NCBI GenBank assembly: GCA_003540955.1
Contig: DPMX01000016.1
Location: 1 to 33,970 of the forward strand
Direction: 5' to 3'
Length of the DNA: 33,970 bases
DNA from: Gammaproteobacteria bacterium
Lineage (GTDB): Bacteria; Pseudomonadota; Gammaproteobacteria; Ga0077536
The notes beneath the pieces were generated by a model. That model did no database searches. It was not told where the DNA came from and worked only from the letters and a program-made list of their open reading frames with translations. The translations under genes were made by a program, and so were the position numbers. This document shows, in pieces, positions 8,914 through 17,231 of the stretch (the first letter of the stretch is position 1; each line of letters starts with the position of its first letter).

Positions 8914-9669
8914 CTACACCGCTTGCAGCGACTTCTTAAGGGTACGTGCCAACCTCGAGGCCCATTCATCCTGTCCGACCTCTGAGGCAATCAGATCTTG
9001 CCGGACCTCAATCAAAACGTGAGGTATCCCGCGCCCCTCACCGTGGAGTGGAATCCCGTAGTCATTGTTGTCAAGGCGATAGGGTTCGTTCTCCCCCACA
9101 CACAAATCACTGTCGTCACGCAGGAGCTTTAACATTTGATCCCCTATACGGCGGTCGTCATTGAAAAGTATGCCAACGTGCCACGGTCGCGCTTCACCCA
9201 AATACACCGGGGTGAAACTGTGAACTGCTACAAATATCGTCGGTTGTTTATCTTCACGACGATCGAGCAAACCAGCTATCATCTCATGGTACGGAAAAAA
9301 GATTTCACTAAACCGTTGTTCGCGCTCCAGTTCGCTTAAGTTTTGATTTCCCGGAATAACGGTACGTTCACTCTTGGCTGGGATCAGTTGCTCACTGTCA
9401 CGCGGCCGATTACAGTCAATTACTAAACGCGAATAATTTTGCATGACCAAAGTCGCGTCTAGCTGATCAGCTAGACGCCGAGATAGCCCAGCCGCACCAA
9501 TGTCCCAAGCTATATGGCGTTGCAAATTGGATGAATCCAAGCCAAGCGCGTCTAGCGATATCGGAATATGGTTTGACGCGTGGTCACAAGTAAGAAAAAA
9601 AGGCGACTTTCCATGCTCCCGTTCTACCGAAACGGGACGCCACTCACCTTCGGCCAAAAGACCACTCAT
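8914..9669 (-). CDS. N-formylglutamate amidohydrolase (FGase/HutG-like) family hydrolase
   Basis: FFLTCDHASNHIP near the N-terminus and VAVHSFTP later are the FGase-family metal-ligand motifs as I recall them. The protein is 251 aa. Its ATG overlaps the upstream gene's TGA (ATGA at 9669..9666). Confidence 0.6.
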   Translation of the reverse strand: MSGLLAEGEWRPVSVEREHGKSPFFLTCDHASNHIPISLDALGLDSSNLQRHIAWDIGAAGLSRRLADQLDATLVMQNYSRLVIDCNRPRDSEQLIPAKSERTVIPGNQNLSELEREQRFSEIFFPYHEMIAGLLDRREDKQPTIFVAVHSFTPVYLGEARPWHVGILFNDDRRIGDQMLKLLRDDSDLCVGENEPYRLDNNDYGIPLHGEGRGIPHVLIEVRQDLIASEVGQDEWASRLARTLKKSLQAV

Positions 9670-10196
9670 CCTTGGCTCTCGGCCCCAGCTCGTTCGTGAA
9701 GCTCTTCATGAAAATAGCGTTTATGCCAACCGAAGCCTTGCCAGGTTGTAAGCTTTTCTGGCACGATCTTAAATGTCCAACACGGCTCTACGTTTACAGA
9801 GCCACGATATTCAGCAGCCTTCTCACCTAAATAGCGTGGGCCTGTATGTTCTTCACCGAGCGTATTCCAGAGCGACTTCTCGCCATTATCTAAATACGGT
9901 CCAACGGGCTCTTCAACCACGATCGCTTTTCCCTCACACAATACCTTGCGAATCGGCGGCTCAGGCTCATCGACGACAATAGAAACCCGAGGATCGTCAG
10001 CCATATACCGCGCCCATTCAGAACGCGCGCGCGGAATCACCCAAAAAGCCTCACCATCCCAGTGGTACCACGTTGGCACGACGTACGGCGCACCATCCGA
10101 TTTCAGGCAGGCTAGTCGCGCTATCCAGGGCAATTTCAGAAACTCATCCATCTCTTCGGCATTAAGGGCACCGAACTTTTCACCACGCCAACTCAT
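9666..10196 (-). CDS. PPOX-fold split-barrel flavin or deazaflavin-binding protein
   Basis: IARLACLKSDGAPYVVPTWYHWDGEAFWVIPRARSEWARYMADDPRVSIVVDE is a typical PNPOx-like core. The start is placed at the ATG preceded by GGAGG (TTGATTGGAGGCAATATG); the track start is 10211. Confidence 0.6.
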   Translation of the reverse strand: MSWRGEKFGALNAEEMDEFLKLPWIARLACLKSDGAPYVVPTWYHWDGEAFWVIPRARSEWARYMADDPRVSIVVDEPEPPIRKVLCEGKAIVVEEPVGPYLDNGEKSLWNTLGEEHTGPRYLGEKAAEYRGSVNVEPCWTFKIVPEKLTTWQGFGWHKRYFHEELHERAGAESQG

Positions 10197-10249
10197 ATTG
10201 CCTCCAATCAATAGCTCCGAACCACAAAATATCTATCAGTTGTGACCGT

Positions 10250-11719
10250 TCAATAAACCTCAAAATATTCACGCTGTTCCCAATCGGTAACATGTTTTAA
10301 AAATCGATCAATCTCACATTGTTTAACCGCGAGTATATAGTCTATAAAAGGATCACCAAATCGCTGTCGATAGAATTTACTTTTCGCCAATGATGCTACG
10401 GCTTCCATTAGGCTTGCCGGAAGCTTTGGTTTATCGGATTCGTATGGGGCGGTCTCGGGTAAACCTGGATCAAGACGGCGTTCTATGCCATCAAGCCCGC
10501 TAGCAATCTGCGAGGCCATATAGAGATAAGGGTTGGCAGAAGGCTCCCCGGCTCGATTCTCGATATGTGTTGCGTAGTCTCCTGGACCACCCAAGACTCG
10601 AATCATCGCGGCCCTGTTTTCGCGCGCCCAGGTAATGCGATCAGGGGCGAAGGAATTCGGAATAAATCGTTTATAGCCGTTGATCGTTGGGGTGACGAAC
10701 ACCGACGATGGTACCGCGTGCTCGAGTATTCCGCCGACAAATTGCCGCCCGATCTCGGACAACGAATGGTTGTTTGTTTCGAGGTTGGCGAATAAGTTCT
10801 GCTCACCATGCGAGTCACAGATCGATTGATGCAGATGCCAACCGCTAGAGAAAAAGTTAGGTAGCGCTGGCCGTGTCATGAACGTCGCATGATAACCATT
10901 CCGACGACAGATTTGTTTCGTCGCGTTGCGAAACATCAGCATATTATCAGCGCCAGCAATCCCACGGACCGGATCGAAGGTAAACTCGCATTGTCCCGGA
11001 CCCCATTCGTCTTCCATCGTCCTGAGCGGCAAACCCAGTAACTCAAGGTCATCGTGTAGCTTTTGTAGAATTGGGTCAATTTCGTCCTGCCGAGCCTCCG
11101 TAAGGTACTGGAAACCATGGGCGATCGTACTCACCTCTGGGGGATCAGGCGGCCAACCCGATTGTTCCGGTAACAATTTCGCGTCCTCTAACTTGGTTAT
11201 ATAGAACTCAACTTCCAATCCGCTAATGTAGTCGTAACCGAGATCACTTAGAGCGTTGAGCTGCCGTTTCATTACATGACGCGTATCAAAGGGCATTGGC
11301 TCACCACTTGCGAGATACATTTCTGATAACACCCACCCGGTACGTGGAGCCCATGGTAATAAACGAAAAGTCATCGGGTCCGGCACTAGAATTGCGTCTG
11401 GCCCCCCCGCCAAAGCATTCATCCCAAGTCCGGCATCGCTACTGAATATCGTAGCAATAAAGTTATTCGTGGTATCCATGAACAGAGTTGCCGTTTGGAA
11501 ATCAACACCATTTTTTAGTGCTAACAGAAAATCGTGCGCCATAACGTTCTTGCCGCGCACAACACCATGTTGATCTCCCCAGGCAATCCGTATGGTCCGG
11601 ATATCGTGCTGCTCAATCTCCGATTTCAATCGTTCGGCCGCAGCTGCCTGCTCCTCGGACCACAAGCCGTAACGTTCTACGAAATCAAGCTGTCCAACAC
11701 TACCATCTTGGATTGTCAT
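10250..11719 (-). CDS. Glutamine synthetase-family ligase (gamma-glutamyl-amine synthetase type, PuuA/GlnT-like); substrate unknown
   Basis: GS catalytic-domain motifs GLEVEFY, GPGQCEF, NGYKRF and ENRAGEPSANPYL are present. The start is taken at the ATG following GGGGGG; the track start is 11734. Confidence 0.75.
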   Translation of the reverse strand: MTIQDGSVGQLDFVERYGLWSEEQAAAAERLKSEIEQHDIRTIRIAWGDQHGVVRGKNVMAHDFLLALKNGVDFQTATLFMDTTNNFIATIFSSDAGLGMNALAGGPDAILVPDPMTFRLLPWAPRTGWVLSEMYLASGEPMPFDTRHVMKRQLNALSDLGYDYISGLEVEFYITKLEDAKLLPEQSGWPPDPPEVSTIAHGFQYLTEARQDEIDPILQKLHDDLELLGLPLRTMEDEWGPGQCEFTFDPVRGIAGADNMLMFRNATKQICRRNGYHATFMTRPALPNFFSSGWHLHQSICDSHGEQNLFANLETNNHSLSEIGRQFVGGILEHAVPSSVFVTPTINGYKRFIPNSFAPDRITWARENRAAMIRVLGGPGDYATHIENRAGEPSANPYLYMASQIASGLDGIERRLDPGLPETAPYESDKPKLPASLMEAVASLAKSKFYRQRFGDPFIDYILAVKQCEIDRFLKHVTDWEQREYFEVY

Positions 11720-11824
11720 GTTCCCCCCTAACATCCCAGGTCGACAAGTAGGTCAGTATAAAGACCCGCGCGGGTTGCGCCAATTGCCTGTCATACTTGC
11801 GCTCAGTAGCCTGACCATCGCATC

Positions 11825-13147
11825 ATGGAATTAATTAAAGCACAATCGTCTGTTGCAGTAGAGCGTGGGTGCATGCGCAGACCCAAAGACAATCCTAGGA
11901 TTAATCTCATGGCCTACACCGAAATAGAGAGTTTGAAAGCCTGCACGGATTTCCCCGCACTCACACGTTCTATCAACGGTCATCCGGTTGCGTTTCTAGA
12001 TGGCCCGGGAGGAACTCAGGTGCCTGAATCAGTACTCTCAGCCATCCGCGATAGCTATATAGAACGCAACGCAAACTTTGATGGGTGTTTCCAAACGTCG
12101 GTCGATGTCACTGCGGCAGTCGCCGCCGCAAGGACTGCGGTTGCGGATTTTATCGGCGCGGATAGCGGAGCGGATATTTCATTCGGTGCGAATATGACAA
12201 CACTAAACTTTGCTCTAAGTCGCGCTTTGGGGAGAGGGATGAATCCAGGTGATGAGGTCGTCATCACTCAACTCGACCACGAGGCCAATCGCGGGCCCTG
12301 GCTGAACCTAACAGAACAAGGATTAGTAGTCCGTGAGGTAAGGCTCAATCGTGACGGACGTCTAGATTTGAATAGCCTAATCGACAACATTAATGCACGA
12401 ACTCGGATCGTAGCGCTGGGCATGGCATCCAATTCAATCGGCACGGTAACCGCAGTGAACCAAGTACGAACACTCTGCACAGACGTCGGCGCATACCTCG
12501 TCGTCGATGCTGTGCATTATGCTGCCCACTTCCCGCTGGACGTTTTGGCTTTGGGCGTCGATTTTCTTTTGTGTTCGGCTTACAAATTTTATGGACCCCA
12601 TGTTGGAATTTTGTATTCGCGCAGCGGCCTGCTCAACCAGATCGAACCGGATTACCTACGCACGCAAAAAGCGATCGCGCCATACAGAATTGAGACCGGA
12701 ACGCTAAACCACGCCGCACTTTCAGGTGTTACGGCAGCTATCGAATACATTGAAAAGTGGGGCTTTGGGAAATCACGCCGCGAACGTCTTGTGTCTTCAA
12801 TGGATGCCCTGCATCACTACGAGACAGACCTCGCACAATACTATTACAACTCAGTCAAGGATATATCCGGCGTTAACGTCTGGGGGCCAGGATTCGATGC
12901 GAGCCCGCGCGCGCCAACCGTATCGATCACTATCAACGACCAAGACCCGGAGCAGATAGCCCAGACACTTGCTAGAAGCGGACTACAGGTATGGCACGGT
13001 CACTTCTACGCCATTAAGGTGCTTGAAGTACTAGGGCTCGTCGATCGTGGCGGCCTATTACGAGTCGGTATATCAATGTATAACACGCGGCGTGAGATCG
13101 ATCGATTGTTAGAGAAAATCGAGGCAATCGCAAGAAAATTATACTAA
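11825..13147 (+). CDS. Class V aminotransferase / cysteine desulfurase-like PLP enzyme (VC1184-type subfamily)
   Basis: FLDGPGGTQVP, ITQLDHEAN and the PLP-lysine context CSAYKFYGPHVGILY are present. The true start is probably the ATG at 11909 (MAYTEIESLKACTDFPAL...), since family members usually begin shortly before the FPAL segment. Confidence 0.7.
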   Translation: MELIKAQSSVAVERGCMRRPKDNPRINLMAYTEIESLKACTDFPALTRSINGHPVAFLDGPGGTQVPESVLSAIRDSYIERNANFDGCFQTSVDVTAAVAAARTAVADFIGADSGADISFGANMTTLNFALSRALGRGMNPGDEVVITQLDHEANRGPWLNLTEQGLVVREVRLNRDGRLDLNSLIDNINARTRIVALGMASNSIGTVTAVNQVRTLCTDVGAYLVVDAVHYAAHFPLDVLALGVDFLLCSAYKFYGPHVGILYSRSGLLNQIEPDYLRTQKAIAPYRIETGTLNHAALSGVTAAIEYIEKWGFGKSRRERLVSSMDALHHYETDLAQYYYNSVKDISGVNVWGPGFDASPRAPTVSITINDQDPEQIAQTLARSGLQVWHGHFYAIKVLEVLGLVDRGGLLRVGISMYNTRREIDRLLEKIEAIARKLY

Positions 13148-13173
13148 TAGCTAATCTACACTCTAGGAGTAAT

Positions 13174-13494
13174 ATGATGTTTATTGCGATGAATCGGTTC
13201 AAAATAGCGCCGGGGTTTGAGGAAGGGTTCGAAAAGATCTGGCGAGAACGCGACAGCTACCTGCTAGAAGTTCCAGGCTTTGAATCGTTTGCCTTACTAA
13301 AAGGCGGGTTCGTTGAAGTACCAGACGGCGACGACTACGTTCTTTACTCTAGTCATACCGTCTGGGAAACTCGCGCCGCCTTCGTTACCTGGACCGAATC
13401 TGCCCATTTTCGCCGCGCACACGCCCAAAGAAGTGCACCTAAGGGAACCTACCTCGCCCACCCGAACCTAGAAACGTTTGAGCAAGTACTTTAG
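13174..13494 (+). CDS. Antibiotic-biosynthesis-monooxygenase (ABM, ferredoxin-like dimeric alpha+beta barrel) domain protein
   Basis: MFIAMNRFKIAPGFEEGFEKIWRERDSYL..VPGFESFALLKG...SHTVWETRAAFVTWTES.HFRRAH is an ABM-family pattern shared with IsdG/HmuQ-like proteins. AGGAG lies 4 nt before the first ATG and 7 nt before the second, so the second ATG (13177) may be the real start. Confidence 0.65.
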   Translation: MMFIAMNRFKIAPGFEEGFEKIWRERDSYLLEVPGFESFALLKGGFVEVPDGDDYVLYSSHTVWETRAAFVTWTESAHFRRAHAQRSAPKGTYLAHPNLETFEQVL

Positions 13495-13528
13495 GTACAG
13501 CGCTGCACTAGTCTGAATCGAAAAACCG

Positions 13529-14332
13529 CTAATTGTTAGCCAAAAACGGTAACAGAATATCGCAAAACCGTTTCTTTTGCTCACGGCCAGCGACTACATG
13601 TGCAACATCTTCCATCATCACCCCAGTAGCGTTGGGCAGACCGTGCTCCAGCGGCTCAGTGCTGCGAGGGCCGGTTATCATATCTTTGCCTGCGTGCAAC
13701 ACCAGCGTCGGTGTCGTAATCCTGTGTAGCTCGGACGATGTATCATGTCCGATGCAAGCTTGCACCAAACGTCGATGAGTCTCGAAATTATTAGCCAACT
13801 CTTTCCATCCACCATCATACCCAAGCAGCTTATCCCGATTCGCATTGTAGTAATCTGGCAAAAATGACTGCATGACAACTAACCGCTGAAATTCAAGGAA
13901 ACCGGCCTCCCGATGAACGGTGACAAACATTTCAAGTTGATCCTGCAATAAAGGATCCATTTTAACCCAGCAACCCATGTTGACCATACAACGCACCAGG
14001 TCTGGCCGCATCAACGATACCCGCTGGGCGATACAAGCACCCATCCCAACGAGGCCAATAAACCGCACATCCGTCCATCCTAGGTAATCGAACAAGCCGA
14101 TAACATCAGCGGCGTGCAGTTCGATCGTCGGCTCAATTGATAAGTCGTCTGCCGAATCACACACACCCCGATAATCTATACATAACACGGCATATTCGTC
14201 TGTTAGGCCCCGTGCGAGGTGATGCTCACTACCATGACAAAAAGTGCCCCAACCACCGATACAAATCGCCGGCTCTCCCTCCCCGTGAATCTCGTAGTAC
14301 ATTTGGTGGTTATTAATATTGGCGATCGGCAC
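13529..14332 (-). CDS. Alpha/beta-hydrolase-fold protein with a non-canonical nucleophile elbow
   Basis: YYEIHGEGEPAICIGGWG (HG-like region), DVRFIGLVGMGACIAQ at the elbow position, HAGKDMI and EDVAHVV at the acid and His positions. The start is GTG, with AGGA 8 nt upstream. Confidence 0.65.
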   Translation of the reverse strand: MPIANINNHQMYYEIHGEGEPAICIGGWGTFCHGSEHHLARGLTDEYAVLCIDYRGVCDSADDLSIEPTIELHAADVIGLFDYLGWTDVRFIGLVGMGACIAQRVSLMRPDLVRCMVNMGCWVKMDPLLQDQLEMFVTVHREAGFLEFQRLVVMQSFLPDYYNANRDKLLGYDGGWKELANNFETHRRLVQACIGHDTSSELHRITTPTLVLHAGKDMITGPRSTEPLEHGLPNATGVMMEDVAHVVAGREQKKRFCDILLPFLANN

Positions 14333-14530
14333 TGTCTTTTCCTTTCAACCCGCAACTCAGGCGGCGTTAGAGAATCAGCGAAGAAATCGAAAAAAATGTG
14401 AACTACAAACGGAGCGACTAGGCCACAGAATAAAAAACCTCTGGTCGAAAGGTAAGGATAATATTTTCTTGTCCGATCAGTTGTCGATAGTCTTCTTACC
14501 CAAATATCAGTGGCTCAGATCCCTCGAGCC

Positions 14531-15193
14531 TCAAGGCGCAGCAGCGGCCGTCAAGAGCGGCTCCGTATTTGGCTCTATGTCATCAATATACTTGATTACA
14601 TCTTGTATCTTCATTACGTCTGCATAGCGGCGGCCTACATCCCGCAAATTATCATCGTGCGGACCCTTCTCCATGTCGCCGACACACTCTTCGGGAACAA
14701 TCGTACGGAAACCGTAGGAAAAGCAATCGTTGATTGAAGCACGAACACACCCACTCGTCGTACAACCAGTAATAATAACCGTATCAACACATTGCTTGGT
14801 TAAAAACGGTACTAATGGTGTTTGGAAGAATATAGACGGCGCTGACTTCGTAAATGCTACGTCATACCCCGGCTCGTAGATCCGCGGATCGAGCGCCATA
14901 GACTCATGACCAATAAAAAATTTACCGTCATATAAGGATCGCACTTTCCAGTGTCCCATGTCGTCCGGACCACACCAACCAACATTGCAAGAAGCCACCG
15001 GCAAACCTTTTGCTCGCGCGTGCTTCAGCAAAGTCGCAGTATTCTCTACTGCCGTGTGCACATGCGGCGATTGCCCGGTGGAATATTGCGGATCGGTAAA
15101 TGCCAACTGGAAATCTACGGTGACAACCGCAGGCCGTTCACCAAAGCCGACGTTTAGATCGCCATACCCGGCACTATCGTATCGATCACTCAT
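14531..15193 (-). CDS. Isochorismatase-family cysteine hydrolase (amidase), possibly N-carbamoylsarcosine-amidase-like
   Basis: TVDFQ (catalytic Asp region), the Lys region and VIITGCTTSGCVRAS (nucleophile Cys context) are present. The start is placed at the ATG preceded by GAGGAG; the track start is 15217. Confidence 0.65.
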   Translation of the reverse strand: MSDRYDSAGYGDLNVGFGERPAVVTVDFQLAFTDPQYSTGQSPHVHTAVENTATLLKHARAKGLPVASCNVGWCGPDDMGHWKVRSLYDGKFFIGHESMALDPRIYEPGYDVAFTKSAPSIFFQTPLVPFLTKQCVDTVIITGCTTSGCVRASINDCFSYGFRTIVPEECVGDMEKGPHDDNLRDVGRRYADVMKIQDVIKYIDDIEPNTEPLLTAAAAP

Positions 15194-15344
15194 ACTCCAC
15201 TCCTCTAGTAATGACATCTATCCGAACCACTTGTGATTCTACTTGAAAATTAAACTACGAAGAAAATATTCTTCTACAAGAATCTTGATTTTTTTAACTC
15301 TCTGGCTGCTCCGTGTTCTTAGTGGTTAGATGTCGACGACTAAG

Positions 15345-17219
15345 CTAACCCGTTTTACGTATCTGAAACTTCGGCTTTCCTGGCGGCTCCAGTCCTGTTT
15401 GTTCTAGACATAGCGCCTTAAGTTGTTCAATCGTACCGCCCCGATTAAATATCTCTTCCCGATCTTCACCTACCGCACGCATTTCCATCCGGAGTCTATC
15501 CGTAGCATCCTCATCAATCGAAACCGCATCGATCATTACAACACCGTAGCGTCGTGCTCCTTCAATTGTAACAAGCCCGCGGTCGACATCCTTTGCCACA
15601 ACTAGCGGATCGCGTTCGTACGGTCTACCCCAGCCACCACCGCCCCAGGTATCGAAATTCAAAACATCTCCCGCCAACACTTTGATCCGATCGCGCTTAG
15701 AATGAAGGAGTTCTTCGGTACCGTCAGCGCGAACCAAGATCTTGCGACTACGGCGGCCCGGCAGACCCCCATTAACTCCCCAGGGATAGGTGAGCCAGCG
15801 GTCATCGTGGACCGATATCTCACCATCTTCCAAAAAACCGTAGCTAATCCTCAGCGCATTGCCACCACGGTGTTTGCCAGGTCCACCAGTGTCCGGCAAG
15901 GTCACATAATTTTCGATCCGCAGTGGAAAGTTACATTCCAGAAATTCATTCGGTACATTAGTAAAACTTGGCCACAGTGAATGCCCGTCGGGACCGTCAC
16001 CCGCAGGCCGGCCTGGTACGCCGCCGAATCCGATTTGATAGAGCTGATACCACTCGCCCTCACGGGTGTACCCAGAATACATAAAGTGCGGGCTATCGGA
16101 AAAACCGGCAGCACAAAGAAAATCTGGATTTCCTTGGCCGAGTAGTCCACTTAAGACATCGAATATCCGACCCAAGGCATGGGTACGACACGAGAGCGCA
16201 GCCGGATAGTTCGGCTTTAACAAACAGCCCTGTGGGATCCGCACTTCCATCAAGTCATAAAAGCCGTCGTTAAACATAATCTGTGGATCAAACACCATGA
16301 TCATGAACACGCCAGCGAACATCTTGAACATTTCTTCGTTGAGATAGAAGTTGATCGAGCCGACCGATTGCGGATCTGTCCCTGCAAAATCAAACACGAC
16401 CTTATCACCCTCACGCCACATACTGCAGGCGATCTTATAAGGCCCCATTCCCATACCGTCATCACAAACATAATCCTCAAAATATTGCTTTGTATCGGGA
16501 ATGGTATTGGCTATTAGCTGACCCATAGCTCGCTTATTACGTTCCAACAGTTCATCCAACGCAGAATAAAACTCATCGTCTCCAAAGCGCTCGGATAATT
16601 CATTGCACCGCTTCGATGCGAGTCGGCAGGCCGCTATAATCGCGTTAAAGTCGCTGCGATTCCAATGAGGTAAACGACAGTTATGCAAGATGATATTTAA
16701 GATATCTTCCTGCAGTTCATGGTTACGATAGATCTTCGTCGGTGGAACCAGAATACCTTCTTCAAAAATCTGGCGCGCGTCGGTGGGCAGGCTACCCGGT
16801 ACCTTTCCACCGATATCTGTCATGTGACCAAACATCGAAGCCCATGCGATCAAACGACCTTCTTTGAAAATGGGCATAAGCAACAACCAATCGTTTGCGT
16901 GGCTGATAGCGCCCCGACAGGAATAGGGATCATTGGTAAGAAAGATATCACCGTCCTCGATCGTGCCGTCATAGCCTTCAATAAACCCATGGATAAACGA
17001 TCCAAACTGCCCGACAATCATCTTCCCCTCGCAATTTGCGATCATAGGAAATTCGTCGTGCTGCTCTCGGATACCCGGCGACATCGCCGTTCTAAATAAC
17101 ACCGCGTCCATCTCGTATCGCAAATTCTTCATTGCATTTTCAATGATGTCCAAAGTGATGGTATCGAGTTCTAAACGTTCAAACGGAGCAGCGTTCTTTT
17201 GGATCAGCTCTGCGGCCAT
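15345..17219 (-). CDS. hyuB: Hydantoinase B / oxoprolinase family protein (HyuB-type subunit)
   Basis: The 624-aa ORF shows D.ITLDIIENAMKNLRYEMDAVLFRTAMSPGIRE.HDEF and later GG.G.P..RDP, both typical of HyuB/OplB/acetone-carboxylase alpha-type subunits. It starts 12 nt after the hyuA stop, with an AGAGGA RBS. Confidence 0.8.
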   Translation of the reverse strand: MAAELIQKNAAPFERLELDTITLDIIENAMKNLRYEMDAVLFRTAMSPGIREQHDEFPMIANCEGKMIVGQFGSFIHGFIEGYDGTIEDGDIFLTNDPYSCRGAISHANDWLLLMPIFKEGRLIAWASMFGHMTDIGGKVPGSLPTDARQIFEEGILVPPTKIYRNHELQEDILNIILHNCRLPHWNRSDFNAIIAACRLASKRCNELSERFGDDEFYSALDELLERNKRAMGQLIANTIPDTKQYFEDYVCDDGMGMGPYKIACSMWREGDKVVFDFAGTDPQSVGSINFYLNEEMFKMFAGVFMIMVFDPQIMFNDGFYDLMEVRIPQGCLLKPNYPAALSCRTHALGRIFDVLSGLLGQGNPDFLCAAGFSDSPHFMYSGYTREGEWYQLYQIGFGGVPGRPAGDGPDGHSLWPSFTNVPNEFLECNFPLRIENYVTLPDTGGPGKHRGGNALRISYGFLEDGEISVHDDRWLTYPWGVNGGLPGRRSRKILVRADGTEELLHSKRDRIKVLAGDVLNFDTWGGGGWGRPYERDPLVVAKDVDRGLVTIEGARRYGVVMIDAVSIDEDATDRLRMEMRAVGEDREEIFNRGGTIEQLKALCLEQTGLEPPGKPKFQIRKTG

Positions 17220-17231
17220 GATGAATTCCTC

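Noticed and set aside
14319-14627. 102-aa plus-strand ORF bridging the spacer between the alpha/beta hydrolase and cysteine hydrolase genes
   Set aside because: It overlaps the 5' end of one minus-strand gene and the 3' end of another. It has low-complexity composition and no RBS. A 4-bp stem plus T5 in this spacer (minus sense) is too weak to call a terminator.
15268-15296. ATTCTT-ctac-AAGAAT hairpin followed by a T-run, which looks like an intrinsic terminator on the plus strand
   Set aside because: Both flanking genes are on the minus strand, and the stem is only 6 AT-rich base pairs. At most it is a weak attenuator between hyuB and the hydrolase gene, so I did not call it as a feature.
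15423-17099. Plus-strand ORFs (15423, 15702, 16719) and minus-strand alternate-frame ORF 15902..16150 inside hyuB
   Set aside because: The reasoning is the same as for hyuA. They lie inside a well-supported 624-aa gene and have no independent signals.
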